A stretch of 64,000 bases of DNA from Eledone cirrhosa (taxonomy: Eukaryota). The notes under the pieces are model-generated. The model was given only the letters and a program-made list of their open reading frames with translations. It had not been told where the DNA came from and searched no databases. Shown here piece by piece: positions 28,850-44,060 of the stretch (position 1 is the stretch's first letter; each line of letters starts with the position of its first letter). The DNA lies in assembly GCA_964016885.1 (NCBI GenBank), contig OZ024755.1, positions 44,702,001 to 44,766,000 of the forward strand, written 5' to 3'. Both the position numbers and the translations under genes were made by a program.

Positions 28850-31520
28850 AACAGTACCAACATATAACGTGTACCACATTTGACAGTACCAACATATAAC
28901 GTGTACCACATTTGACAGTACCAACGTATACTGTGTACCGCAGTTGACAGTACCAACATATACTGTGTACCACCGTTGACAGTACCAACATATACTGTGT
29001 ATCAAAGTTGACAGTACCAACATATACCGTGTTACCACAGTTGAGAGTACCAACATATACTGTGTACCAAATTTGACAGTACCAACATATACTGTGTACC
29101 ACTGTTGACAGTACCAACGTATACTGTGTACCACATTTAACAGTACCAACATATACTGTGTACCACAGTTATCAGTACCAACGTATACTGTGTACCACTG
29201 TTGACAGTACCAACATATACAGTGTACCACAGTTGACAGTACTAACATATACTGTGTACCATAGTTGACAGTACCAACGTATACTGCGTACCACAGTTGA
29301 CAGTACCAACATATACTGTGTACCACAGTTGACAGTACCAACATATACTGTGTACCATAGTTGAGAGTATCAACGTATATGTGTACCACTGTTGTCAGTA
29401 CTAACATATGCTGTTTACCACAGTTGACAGTACCAACATATACTGTGTACCACAGTTGACAGTACCAACATATCCTGTGTACCTCAGTTGACAGTACCAA
29501 CATATACTGTGTACCACAGTTGACCGTACCAACATATACTATGTACCACAGTTGACAGTACCAACGTATACTGTGTACCTCAGTTGACAGTACCAACATA
29601 TACTGAGTCCCACAGTTGACAGTACCAACATATACTGTGTACCACAGTTGACAGTACCAACATATACTGTGTACCACAGTTGACAGTACCAACATATACT
29701 GTGTACCATAGTTGACAGTACCAACGTATACAGTGTACCACATTTGACAGTACCAACATATACCATGTACCACAGTTGACAGTACCAACATATACTGTGT
29801 ACCACAGTTGACAGTACCAACATATATTGTGTACCATAGTTGACAGTACCAACGTATACTGTGTACCACAGTTAACAGTACCAACATATACTGTGTACCA
29901 CAGTTGACAGTACCAACATATACTGTGTACCATAGTTGACAGTACCAACGTATACTGTGTACCATAGTTGACAGTACCAACATATACTGTGTCCCACAGT
30001 TGACAGTACCAACATATACTGTGTACCACAGTTGACAGTACCAACATATACTGTGTACCACAGTTGACATTACCAACATATACTGTGTACCATAGTTGAC
30101 AGTACCAACGTATACTGTGTACCACAGTTGACAGTAGCAACATAAACAGTGTACCACAGTTGACAGTACCAACATATACTGTGTACCACAGTTGACAGTA
30201 CCAACATATATTGTGTACCATAGTTGACAGTACCAACGTATACTGTGTACCACAGTTAACAGTACCAACATATACTGTGTACCACAGTTGACAGTACCAA
30301 CATATACTGTGTACCATAGTTGACAGTACCAACGTATACTGTGTACCACAGTTGACAGTACCAAAATATACCGTCTACCACAGTTGACAGTACCAACATA
30401 TACTGTGTACCAGATTTGACAGTACCAACATGTACTGTGTACCACAGTCGACAGTACCAACATATACCGTGTACCACGGTTGACAGTACCAACTTATACT
30501 GTGTACCACAGTTGACAGTACCAATATATAATGTGTACCACCGTTGAGAGTACCAACATATACTGTGTATCACAGTTGACAGTACCAACATATACCGTGT
30601 TACCACAGTTGAGAGTACCAACATATACTGTGTACCACAGTTGACAGTACCAACATATAATGTGTACCACTGTTGACAGTACCAACGTATACTGTGTACC
30701 ACATTTAACAGTAACAACATATACAGTGTACCACAGTTATCAGTACCAACGTACACTGTGTACCACTGTTGACAGTACCAACATATGCAGTGTACCACAG
30801 TTGACAGTACCAACATATACTGTGTACCACAGTTGAAAGTACCAAGGTATACACTGTACCACAGTTGAGAGTACCAACTTATACTGTGTACCACAGTTGA
30901 CAGTACTAATATATACTGTGTACCACAGTTGACAGTACTAACATATACTGTGTACCACAGTTGACAGTACCAACGTATACTGTGTACCACAGTTGACAGT
31001 ACCAACGTATATGTGTACCACTGTTGACAGTACTAACGTATAATGTGTACCACCGTTGAGAGTACCAACATATACAGTGTACCACAGTTGACAGTACCAA
31101 CATATACTGTGTACCACAGTTGAGAGTACCAACTTATACTGTGTACCATAGTTGACAGTACCAACGTATAATGTGTACCGCATTTGACAGTACCAACATA
31201 TACTGTGTACCATATATGACAGTACCAACGTATACTGTGTACCTCTGTTGACAGTACCAACATATACCGTGTACCACAGTTGACAGTACCAACATATACT
31301 GTGTACCAGAGTTGACAGTACCAACATATACTGTTTACCACTGTTGACAGTACCAACATATACTGTGTACCACAGTTGACAGTACCAACGTATACTGTGT
31401 ACCACAGTTGAGAGTACCAACATATACCGTGTACCACAGTTGACATTACCAACATATACTGTGTACCATAGTTGACAGTACCAACGTATACTGCGTACCA
31501 CAGTTGACAGTACCAACATA
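28850..31520. repeat. Copy of ~18990-21740 (offset 9,863, dropping to ~9,799 near the end)
   Basis: ORF coordinates match at 20600/30463, 19717/29580 and 20393/30256. Shared rare variants include gttgaccgtacc, aaggtatacactgtacc and catatatgac (21412/31211). Confidence 0.9.
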
Positions 31521-34500
31521 TACTGTGTACCACAGTTGCCAGTACCAACATATACTGTGTACCATAGTTGACAGTATCAACGTATATGTGTACCACTGTT
31601 GTCAGTACTAACATATGCTGTGTACCACAGTTGACAGTACCAACATATACTGTGTACCACAGTTGACAGTACCGACATATCCTGTGTACATCAGTTGACA
31701 GTACCAACATATACTGTGTACCACAGTTGATCGTACCAACATATACTGTGTACCACAGTTGACAGTACTAACGTATACTGTGTACCACAGTTGACAGTAC
31801 CAACATATACTGTGTCCCACAGTTGACAGTACCAACGTATACTGTGTACCACAGTTGAGAGTACCAACTTATACTGTGTACCACAGTTGACAGTACTAAT
31901 ATATACTGTGTACCACAGTTGAGAGTACCAAAATATACTGTGTACCACAGTTGACAGTACTAACATATACTGTGTACCACAGTTGACGGTATCCACGTAT
32001 GTGTACCACAGTTGACAGTATCAACGTATATCTGTACCACATATTGACAGTACCAACATATACTGTGTACCACAGTTGACAGTACCAACATATATTGTGT
32101 ACCATAGTTGACAGTACCAACGTATACTGTGTACCACAGTTGACAGTACCAACATATACTGTGTACCACAGTTGACAGTACCAACATATACTGTGTACCA
32201 TAGTTGACAGTACCAACGTATACTGTGTACCACAGTTGACAGTACCAAAATATACCGTCTACCACAGTTGACAGTACCAACATATACTGTGTACCACAGT
32301 CGACAGTACCAACATATACCGTGTACCACAGTTGACAGTACCAACTTATACTGTGTACCACAGTTGACAGTACCAACATATAATGTGTACCACCGTTGAC
32401 AGTACCAACATATACTGTGTATCACAGTTGACAGTACCAACATATACCGTGTTACCACAGTTGTGAGTACCAACATATACTGTGTACCACAGTTGACAGT
32501 ACCAACATATAATGTGTACCACTGTTCAGAGTACCAACGTATACTGTGTACCACATTTAACAGTAACAACATATACAGTGTACCACAGTTGACAGTACTA
32601 ATATATACTGTGTACCACAGTTGAGAGTACGAACATATACTGTGTACCACAGTTGACAGTATCCACGTATGTGTACCACAGTTGACAGTATCCACGTATG
32701 TGTACCACAGTTGACAGTATCAACGTATATCTGTACCACATATTGACAGTACCAACATATACTGTGTACCGCAGTTGACAGTACCAACGTATACTGTGTA
32801 CCACAGTTGACAGTACCAACATATACTGTGTACCACAGTTGACAGTACCAACGTATATTGTGTACCACTGTTGACAGTACCAACATATACAGTGTACCAC
32901 AGTTGACAGTACCAACATATACTGTGTACCACAGTTGACAGTACCAACATATACTGTTTACCACTGTTGACAGTACCAACATATACTGTGTACCACAGTT
33001 GACAGTACCAACGTACACTGTGTACCACAGTTGAGAGTACCAACATATACCGTGTACCACAGTTGACATTACCATAATATACTGTGTACCATATTTGACA
33101 GTACCAACGTATACTGCGTACCACAGTTGACAGTACCAACATATACTGTGTACCACAGTTGACAGTACCAACATATACTGTGTACCATAGTTGACAGTGC
33201 CAACGTATACTGTGTACCACAGTTGACAGTACCAGCATATACCGTGTACCACAGTTGAGAGTACCAAAATATACTGTGTACCAGAGTTGACAGTACCAAC
33301 ATATACTGTGTACCAATGTTGACAGTACCAACATATACTGTGTACCACGGTTGACAGTACCAACGTATACTGTGTACCAGAGTTAACAGTACCAACATAT
33401 ACTGTGTACCACTGTTGACAGTACCAACATATACTGTGAACCACAATTGACAGTACCAACGTATACTGTGTACCACAGTTGACAGTACCAACATATACTG
33501 TGTACCACAGTTGACAGTACTAATATATAATGTGTACCACAGTTGACAGTACCAACGTATACTGTGTACCGCTGTTGACAGTACCAACATATACTGTGTA
33601 CCATATATGACAGTACCAACATATAGTGTGTACCACAGTTGACAGTACTAACATATACTCTGTACCACAGTTGACAGTATCCACGTATATGTGTACCACA
33701 GTTGACAGTATCAACGTATATGTGTACCACATATTGACAGTACCAACATATACTGTGTACCACAGTTGACAGTACCAACATATACTGTGTACCACAGTTG
33801 ACAGTACCAACATATACTGTGTACCACAGTTGACAGTACTAACATATACTGTGTACCACAGTTGACAGTACCAACTTATACTGTGTACCATAGTTGACAG
33901 TACCAACGTATACTGTGTACCGCTGTTGACAGTACCAACATATACTGTGTACCATATATGACAGTACCAACGTATACTGTGTACCACAGTTGACAGTAGC
34001 AACTTATACTGTGTACCACGGTTGACAGTACCAACGTATATGTGTACCACAGTTGACAGTACCAACATATACTGTGTACCACAGTTGACAGTACCAACGT
34101 ATACTGTGTACCACAGTTGACAGTACCAACGTATAATGTGTACCACAGTGGACAGTACCAACGTATATCTGTACAACATATTGACAGTACCAACATATAC
34201 TGTGTACCCCAGTTGACAGTACCAACATATACTGTGTACCACATTTGACAGTACCAACATATACTGTGTACCATAGTTGACAGTACCAACATATACTGTA
34301 TACCACAGTTGACAGTACTAACATATACTGTGTACCACAGTTGAGAGTACCAATATATACTGTGTACCTCAGTTGACAATATCAACATATACTGTGTACC
34401 ACAGTTGACAGTACCAACATATACTGTGTACCACAGTTGAGAGTACCAACATATACCGTGTACTACAGTTGACAGTACCAACATATATTGTGTACCACAG

Positions 34501-37500
34501 TTGACGGTAACAACATATACTGTGTACCACAGTTGACAGTACCAACATATACTGTGTACCACAGTTGACAGTACCAATATATACTGTGTACCAGAGTTGG
34601 CAGTACCAACATATACTGTGTACCACAGTTGACAGTACCAACATATACAGTGTACCACAGTTGACAGAACCAACAATTACTGTGTACCACAGTTGACAGT
34701 ACCTATATATAATGTGTGCCACTGTTCACAGTACCAACATATACGGTGTAACACAGTTGACAATACCAACGTATACTGTGTACCACAGTTGACAGTACCA
34801 ACATATACTGTGTACCACAGTTGACAGTACCAACGTATAACGTGTACCGCAGTTGAAAGTACCAACGTATACTGTGTACCATAGTTGACATTACCAACAT
34901 ATAATGTGTACCACAGTTGACAGTACCAACATATACTGTGTACCACAGTTGACAGTACTAACATATATTATGTACCAGAGTTGACAGTACTGACATATAC
35001 TGTGTACCATAGTTGACAGTACCAACATATATTGTGTACCACAGTTGACAGTACCAACATATACTGTGTACCACAGTTGACAGTACTCACATATACTGGG
35101 TACCACAGTTGACAGTACCAACATAAACTGTGTACCACAGTTGACAGTACCAACATATACTGTGTACCACAGTTGAAAGTACCAACGTATACTGTGTACC
35201 ACAGTTGACAGTACCAACAAATACTGTGTACCACAGTTGACAGTACCAACATATACTGTGTACCACATTTGACAGTACCAACATTTACTGTGTACCACAG
35301 TTGACAGTACCAACATATAGTGTGTACCATAGTTGTCAGTACTAACATATACTGTGTACCACAGTTGACAGTACCAACATATACTGTGTACCATAGTTGA
35401 CAGTACCAACAGATACTGTGTAGCTCAGTTGACAGTATCAACATATACTGTGTACCACAGTTGACAGGACCAGCATATACTGTGTACCACACTTGAGAGT
35501 ACCAACATATACTGTATATCACAGTTGACAGTAGCAACATACACCGTGTACCACAGTTGAGAGTACCAACATATACTGTGTACCACAATTGACAGTACCA
35601 ACATATACTGTGTACCACTGTTGACAGTACCAACATATACTGTGTACCACAATTGACAGTACCAACGTATACTGTGTACCACAGTTGACAGTACCAACGT
35701 ATACTGTGTACCACAGTTGACAGTTCCAACATATACTGTGTACCACAGTTGACAGTACCAACGTATACTGTGTACCACAGTTGACAGTAACAACGTATAC
35801 TGTGTACCACAGTGGACAGTACCAACGTATATGTGTACAATATATTGACAGTACCAACATATACTGTGTACCACAGTTGACAGTACCAACATATACTGTG
35901 TACCACAGTTGACAGTACCATCATATACTGTGTACCACAGTTGACAGTACCAACATTTACTCTATACCACAGTTGACAGTACTAACATATACTGTGTACC
36001 TCAGTTGACAGTACCAACATATACTGTGTACCTCAGTTGACAATATCAACATATACTGTGTACCACAGTTGACAGTACCAACATATACTGTGTACCAGAG
36101 TTGAGAGTGCCAACATATACTGTGTATCACAGTTGACAGTACCAACATATACCGTGTATCACGGTTGATTGTACCAACATATACTGTGTACCACAGTTGA
36201 CAGTATCAACATATACTGTTACCATAGTTGACAGTACCAACGTATACTGTGTACCACAGTTGACAATACCAACATATACTGTGTACCACAGTTGACAGTA
36301 CCAACATATACTATGTACAATAGTTGACAGTACCAACGTATACTGTGTACAACAGTTGACAGTACCAACATATACCGTGTACCACAGTTGACAGTACCAA
36401 TACATGCTGTGTACCACAGTTGACAGTACCAACATTTACTGTGTACCACAGTTGACAGAACCAACATATAACGTGTACCACATTTGATAGTACCAACGTA
36501 TATTGTGTACCACAGTTGACAGTACCAACATATACTGTGTACCACCGTTGACAGTACCAACATATACTGTGTATCACAGTTGACAGTACCAACATATACC
36601 GTGTTACAACAGTTGAGAGTACCAATATATACTGTGTACCACAGTTGACAGTACCAACATATACTGTCTACCACTGTTGACAGTATCAACGTATACTGTG
36701 TACCACATTTAACAGTACCAACATATACTGTGTACCACAGTTATCAGTACCAACGTATACTGTGTACCACTGTTGACAGTACCAACATATACTGTGTACC
36801 ACACTTGACAGTACCAACGTATACTGTGTACCACAGTTGACAGTACCAACATATACAGTGTACCACATTTGACAGTACTAATATATAATGTGTACCACAG
36901 TTGACAGTACAAACATATACTGTGTACCACAGTTGACAGTATCTACGTATATGTGTACCACATATTGACAGTACCAACATATACTGTGTACCAGAGTTGA
37001 GAGTACCAACGTATACTGTGTACCACAGTTGACAGTACCAACGTATACTGTGTACCACAGTTGACAGTACCAACATATACTGTGTACCACAGTTGACCGT
37101 ACCAACGTATACTGTGTACCAAAGTTGACAGTATCAACGTATATGTGTACCACATATTGACAGTACCAACATATACTAGGCACCACCGTTGACAGTACCA
37201 ACGTATACTGTGTACCACAGTTGACAGTAACAACGTATAATGTGTACCACAGTTGACAGTACCAACGTATACTGTGTACCACAGTTGACAGTACCAACAT
37301 ATACAGTGCACCACAGTTGACAGTACCAACATATACTGTGTACCACAGTTGACAGTACCAACATATACTGTGTACCATAGTTGACAGTACCAACGTATAC
37401 TGTGTACCACATTTGACAGTACCAACATATACCGTGTACCACAGTTGATAGTACCAATACATACTGTGTACCATAGTTGACAGTACCAACATATACTGTG

Positions 37501-40500
37501 TACCATAGTTGACAGTACCAACGTATACTCTGTACCACACTTGACAGTACCAACGTATACTGTGTACCACAGTTGACAGTACCAACATATACAGTGTACC
37601 ACATTTGACAGTACTAATATATAATGTGTACCACAGTTGACAGTACAAACATATACTGTGTACCACAGTTGACAGTATCCACGTATATGTGTACCACATA
37701 TTGACAGTACCAACATATACTGTGTACCAGAGTTGAGAGTACCAACGTATACTGTGTACCACAGTTGACAGTACCAACGTATACTGTGTACCACAGTTGA
37801 CAGTACCAACATATACTGTGTACCACAGTTGACAGTACCAACGTATACTGTGTACCAAAGTTGACAGTATCAACGTATATGTGTACCACATATTGACAGT
37901 ACCAACATATACTGTGTACCACAGTTGACAGTACCAACATATACTGTGTACCACAGTTGACAGTACCAACGTATACTGTGTACCAAAGTTGACAGTATCA
38001 ACGTATATGTGTACCACATATTGACAGTACCAACATATACTAGGCACCACCGTTGACAGTACCAACGTATACTGTGTACCACAGTTGACAGTACCAACGT
38101 ATACTCTGTACCACATTTGAGAGTACCAACATATACCGTGTACCACAGTTGACAGTACCAATATATACTGTGTACCACAGTTGACAGTACCAACATATAC
38201 TCTGTACCACAGTTGACAGTACTAACATATACTGTGTACCAGAGTTGACAGTACCAACATATACTGTGTACCAGAGTTGACAGTACTGGCATATACAGTG
38301 TACCACAGTTGACAGTACCAACATATACTGTGTACCACAGTTGACAGTACCAACATATACTGGGTACCACAGTTGACAATACCATCATATACTGTGTACC
38401 ACAGTTGACACTACCAACATAAACTGTGTACCAGAGTTGACAGTTCCAACATATACTGTGTACCACAGTTGAAAGTACCAACGTATACTGTGTACCACAG
38501 TTGACAGTACCAACTTATACTGTTTACCACAGTTGACAGTACCAACATATACTGTGTACCAAAGTTGACAGTACCAACGTATACTGTGTACCACATTTGA
38601 TAGTACCAACATATACTGTGTACCACAGTTGACAGTACCAACATATAGTGTGTACCACAGTTGGCAGTACCAACATATACTGTGTACCACAGTTGACAGT
38701 ACCAACACATACTATGTACCACAGTTGACAGTACCAACATATATTGTGTACCACGGTTGACAGTACCAACATATAATGGGTGCCACTGTTCACAGTACCA
38801 ACATATACTGTGTACCACAGTTGACAATACCAACGTATACTGTGTACCACAGTTGACAGTACCAACATATACTGTGTACCACGGTTGACAGTACCAACGT
38901 ATACTGTGTAACAAAGTTGACAATACCATCATATAGGGTGTACCACAGTTGACAGTACCAACATATACTGTGTACCACAGTTGACACTACCATCATATAC
39001 TGTGTACCATAGTTGACAGTACCAACGTATACGGTGTACCACAGTTGACAGTACCAACATATATTGGATACCACAGTTGACAGTACCAACATATACTGTG
39101 TACCACTGTTGACAGTACCAACGTATACTGTATACCACAGTTAACAGTACCAACATATACTGTGTACCACAATTGACAGTACCAACGTATACTGTGTACC
39201 ACTGTTGACAGTACCAACATATACAGTATAACACAGTTGACAGTACCAACATATACTGTGTACCACATTTGACAGTACCAACATATACTGTGTACCATAG
39301 TTGACAGTACCAACGTATACGGTGTACCACAGTTGACAGTACTAACATATACTGTGTACCACAGTTGACAGTATCCACGTATGTGTACCACAGTTGACAG
39401 TATCAACGTATATCTGTACCACATATTGACAGTACCAACATATACTGTGTACCACAGTTGACAGTACCAACGTATACTGTGTACCACAGTTGACAGTACC
39501 AACGTATACTGTGTACCACAGTTGACATTACCAAGGTATACTGTGTACCACAGTGGACAGTACCAACGTATATGTGTATAACATATTGACAGTACCAACA
39601 TATACTGTGTACCACAGTTGACAGTACCAACATATACTGTGTACCACAGTTGAGAGTACCAACATATACTGTGTACCACAGTTGACAGTACCAACGTATA
39701 CTGTGTACCACAGTTGACAGTACCAACATATACTGTGTACCACAGTTGACAGTACCAACATATACTGTGTAACACAGTTGGCAGTACCAACATATACTGT
39801 GTACCACAGTTGAGAGTACCAACATATACTGTGTACCACAGTTGACAGTACCAACATATATTGTGTACCACAGTTGACAGTACCAACATATACTAGGTGC
39901 CACTGTTCACAGTACCAACATATACTGTGTACCACAGTTGACAATACCAACGTATTCTGTGTACCACAGTTGACAGTACCAACATATACTGTGTACCACA
40001 GTTGACAGTACCAACGTATACTGTGTAACACAGTTGACAATACCATCATATAGGGTGTTCCACAGTTGACAGTACCAACATATACTGTGTACCACATTTG
40101 ACAGTACCATCGTATACTGACTACCACAGTTGACAGTACCAACGTATACTGTGTACCAAAGATCACAGTATCAACGTATATGTGTACCACATATTGACAG
40201 TACCAACATATACTGTGTACCACAATTGACAGTACCAACGTATACTGTGTACCACATTTGACAGTACCAAAGTATACTGTGTTTCACAGTTGACAGTACC
40301 AACATATACTGTGTACCTCAGTTGACAGTACCAACATATACTGTGTACCTCAGTTGACAGTATAAACATATACTGTGTACCACAGTTGACAGTACCAACA
40401 TATACTGTTTTCCATAGTTGACAGTACTAACATATACTGTGTACCACAGTTCACAGTACCAACATATACTGTGTACCAGAGTTGACAGTACCAACATATA

Positions 40501-42258
40501 CTGTGTACCATATTTGACAGTACCAACGTATACAGTGTACCACAGCTGACAGTACCAACATATACCGTCTAGCAGAGTTGACAGTATCAACATATACTGT
40601 GTACCAGAGTTGACAGTACCATCATGTACTGTGTACCACAGTTGACAGTACCAACATATACTGTGTACCACAGTTGACAGTACCAACGTATACTGTGTAC
40701 CACAGTTGACAGTACCAACATATAATGTGTACCACCGTTGACAGTACCAACATATACTGTGTATCACAGTTGACAGTACCAACATATACCGTGCTACCAC
40801 AGTTGAGAGTACCGACATATACTGTGTACCACAGTTGACAGTACCAACATATAATGTGTACCACTGTTGACAGTACCAACGTATACTGTGTACCACATTT
40901 AACAGTACCAAAATATACTGTGTACCACAGTTATCAGTACCAACGTACACTGTCTACCACTGTTGACAGTACCAACATATACAGTGTACCACAGTTGACA
41001 GTACCAACATATACTGTGTACCTCAGTTGACAGTACCAACTTATACTGTGTACCACAATTGACAGTACCAACATATACTGTGTACCACAATTGACAGTAC
41101 CAACGTATACTGTGTTCCACAGTTGACAGTACCAACATATACTGTGTACCTCAGTTGACAGTACCAACATATACTGTGTACCTCAGTTGACAGTATAAAT
41201 ATATACTGTGTACCACAGTTGACAGTACCAACATATACTGTGTACCATAGTTGACAGTACTAACATATACTGTGTACGACAGTTGAGAGTACCAACATAT
41301 ACTGTTTATCACAGTTGACAGTACCAACATATACCGTGTACCACAGTTGAGAGTACCTACATATACTGTGTACCACAGTTGACAGTACCAACATATACTG
41401 TGTACCACTGTTGACAGTACCAACGTATACTGTGTACCACAGTTAACAGTACCATCATATACTGTGTACCACAGTTGACAGTACCAACGTACACTGTGTA
41501 CCACAGTTGAAAGTAGCAACATATACAATGTACCACAGTTGACAGTACCAACATATACTGTGTACCACAGTTGACAGTACCAATATATACTGTGTACCAT
41601 AGTTGACAGTACCAACGTACACTGTGTACCACAGTTGACAGTACCAACATATACTGTGTACCACAGTTGACAGTACCAACATATACTGTGTACCATAGTT
41701 GACAGTACCAACGTATACTGTGTACCACAGTTGACAATACCAACATATACCGTCTACCACAGTTGACGGTATCAACATATACTGTGTACCAGAGTTGACA
41801 GTACCAACATATACTGTGTACCACAGTTGACAGTACCAACATATACCGTGTACCACAGTTGACAGTACCAACGTATACTGTGTACCACAGTTGACAGTAC
41901 CAACATATAATGTGTACCACCGTCGACAGTACCAACATATACTGTGTATCACAGTTGACAGTACCAACATATACCGTGCTACCACAGTTGACAGTACCAA
42001 CGTATACTGTGTACCACAGTTGACAGTACCAACATATAATGTGTACCACCGTCGACAGTACCAACATATACTGTGTACCACAGTTGACAGTACCAACATA
42101 TAATGTGTACCACTGTTGACAGTACCAACGTATACTGTGTACCACATTTAACAGTACCAACATATACTGTGTACCACAGTTATCAGTACCAACGTAAACT
42201 GTGTACCACTGTTGACAGTACCAACTTATACAGTGTACCACAGTTGACAGTACCAACA

Positions 42259-44060
42259 TATACTGTGTACCACAGTTGACAGTACCAATATATAATGTGT
42301 ACCACCGTTGAGAGTACCAACATATACTGTGTATCACAGTTGACAGTACCAACATATACCGTGTTACCACAGTTGAGAGTACCAACATATACTGTGTACC
42401 ACAGTTGACAGTACCAACATATAATGTGTACCACTGTTGACAGTACCAACGTATACTGTGTACCACATTTAACAGTAACAACATATACAGTGTACCACAG
42501 TTATCAGTACCAACGTACACTGTGTACCACTGTTGACAGTACCAACATATGCAGTGTACCACAGTTGACAGTACCAACATATACTGTGTACCACAGTTGA
42601 AAGTACCAAGGTATACACTGTACCACAGTTGAGAGTACCAACTTATACTGTGTACCACAGTTGACAGTACTAATATATACTGTGTACCACAGTTGACAGT
42701 ACTAACATATACTGTGTACCACAGTTGACAGTACCAACGTATACTGTGTACCACAGTTGACAGTACCAACGTATATGTGTACCACTGTTGACAGTACTAA
42801 CGTATAATGTGTACCACCGTTGAGAGTACCAACATATACAGTGTACCACAGTTGACAGTACCAACATATACTGTGTACCACAGTTGAGAGTACCAACTTA
42901 TACTGTGTACCATAGTTGACAGTACCAACGTATAATGTGTACCGCATTTGACAGTACCAACATATACTGTGTACCATATATGACAGTACCAACGTATACT
43001 GTGTACCTCTGTTGACAGTACCAACATATACCGTGTACCACAGTTGACAGTACCAACATATACTGTGTACCAGAGTTGACAGTACCAACATATACTGTTT
43101 ACCACTGTTGACAGTACCAACATATACTGTGTACCACAGTTGACAGTACCAACGTATACTGTGTACCACAGTTGAGAGTACCAACATATACCGTGTACCA
43201 CAGTTGACATTACCAACATATACTGTGTACCATAGTTGACAGTACCAACGTATACTGCGTACCACAGTTGACAGTACCAACATATACTGTGTACCACAGT
43301 TGCCAGTACCAACATATACTGTGTACCATAGTTGACAGTATCAACGTATATGTGTACCACTGTTGTCAGTACTAACATATGCTGTGTACCACAGTTGACA
43401 GTACCAACATATACTGTGTACCACAGTTGACAGTACCGACATATCCTGTGTACATCAGTTGACAGTACCAACATATACTGTGTACCACAGTTGATCGTAC
43501 CAACATATACTGTGTACCACAGTTGACAGTACTAACGTATACTGTGTACCACAGTTGACAGTACCAACATATACTGTGTCCCACAGTTGACAGTACCAAC
43601 GTATACTGTGTACCACAGTTGAGAGTACCAACTTATACTGTGTACCACAGTTGACAGTACTAATATATACTGTGTACCACAGTTGAGAGTACCAAAATAT
43701 ACTGTGTACCACAGTTGACAGTACTAACATATACTGTGTACCACAGTTGACGGTATCCACGTATGTGTACCACAGTTGACAGTATCAACGTATATCTGTA
43801 CCACATATTGACAGTACCAACATATACTGTGTACCACAGTTGACAGTACCAACATATATTGTGTACCATAGTTGACAGTACCAACGTATACTGTGTACCA
43901 CAGTTGACAGTACCAACATATACTGTGTACCACAGTTGACAGTACCAACATATACTGTGTACCATAGTTGACAGTACCAACGTATACTGTGTACCACAGT
44001 TGACAGTACCAAAATATACCGTCTACCACAGTTGACAGTACCAACATATACTGTGTACCA
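42259..44060. repeat. Copy of ~30495-32290 (offset 11,764)
   Basis: ORFs 30906..31103, 31033..31710 and 31896..32216 recur identically at 42670, 42797 and 43660. Shared variants include gttgatcgtacc and gacggtatccacg. Confidence 0.92.
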
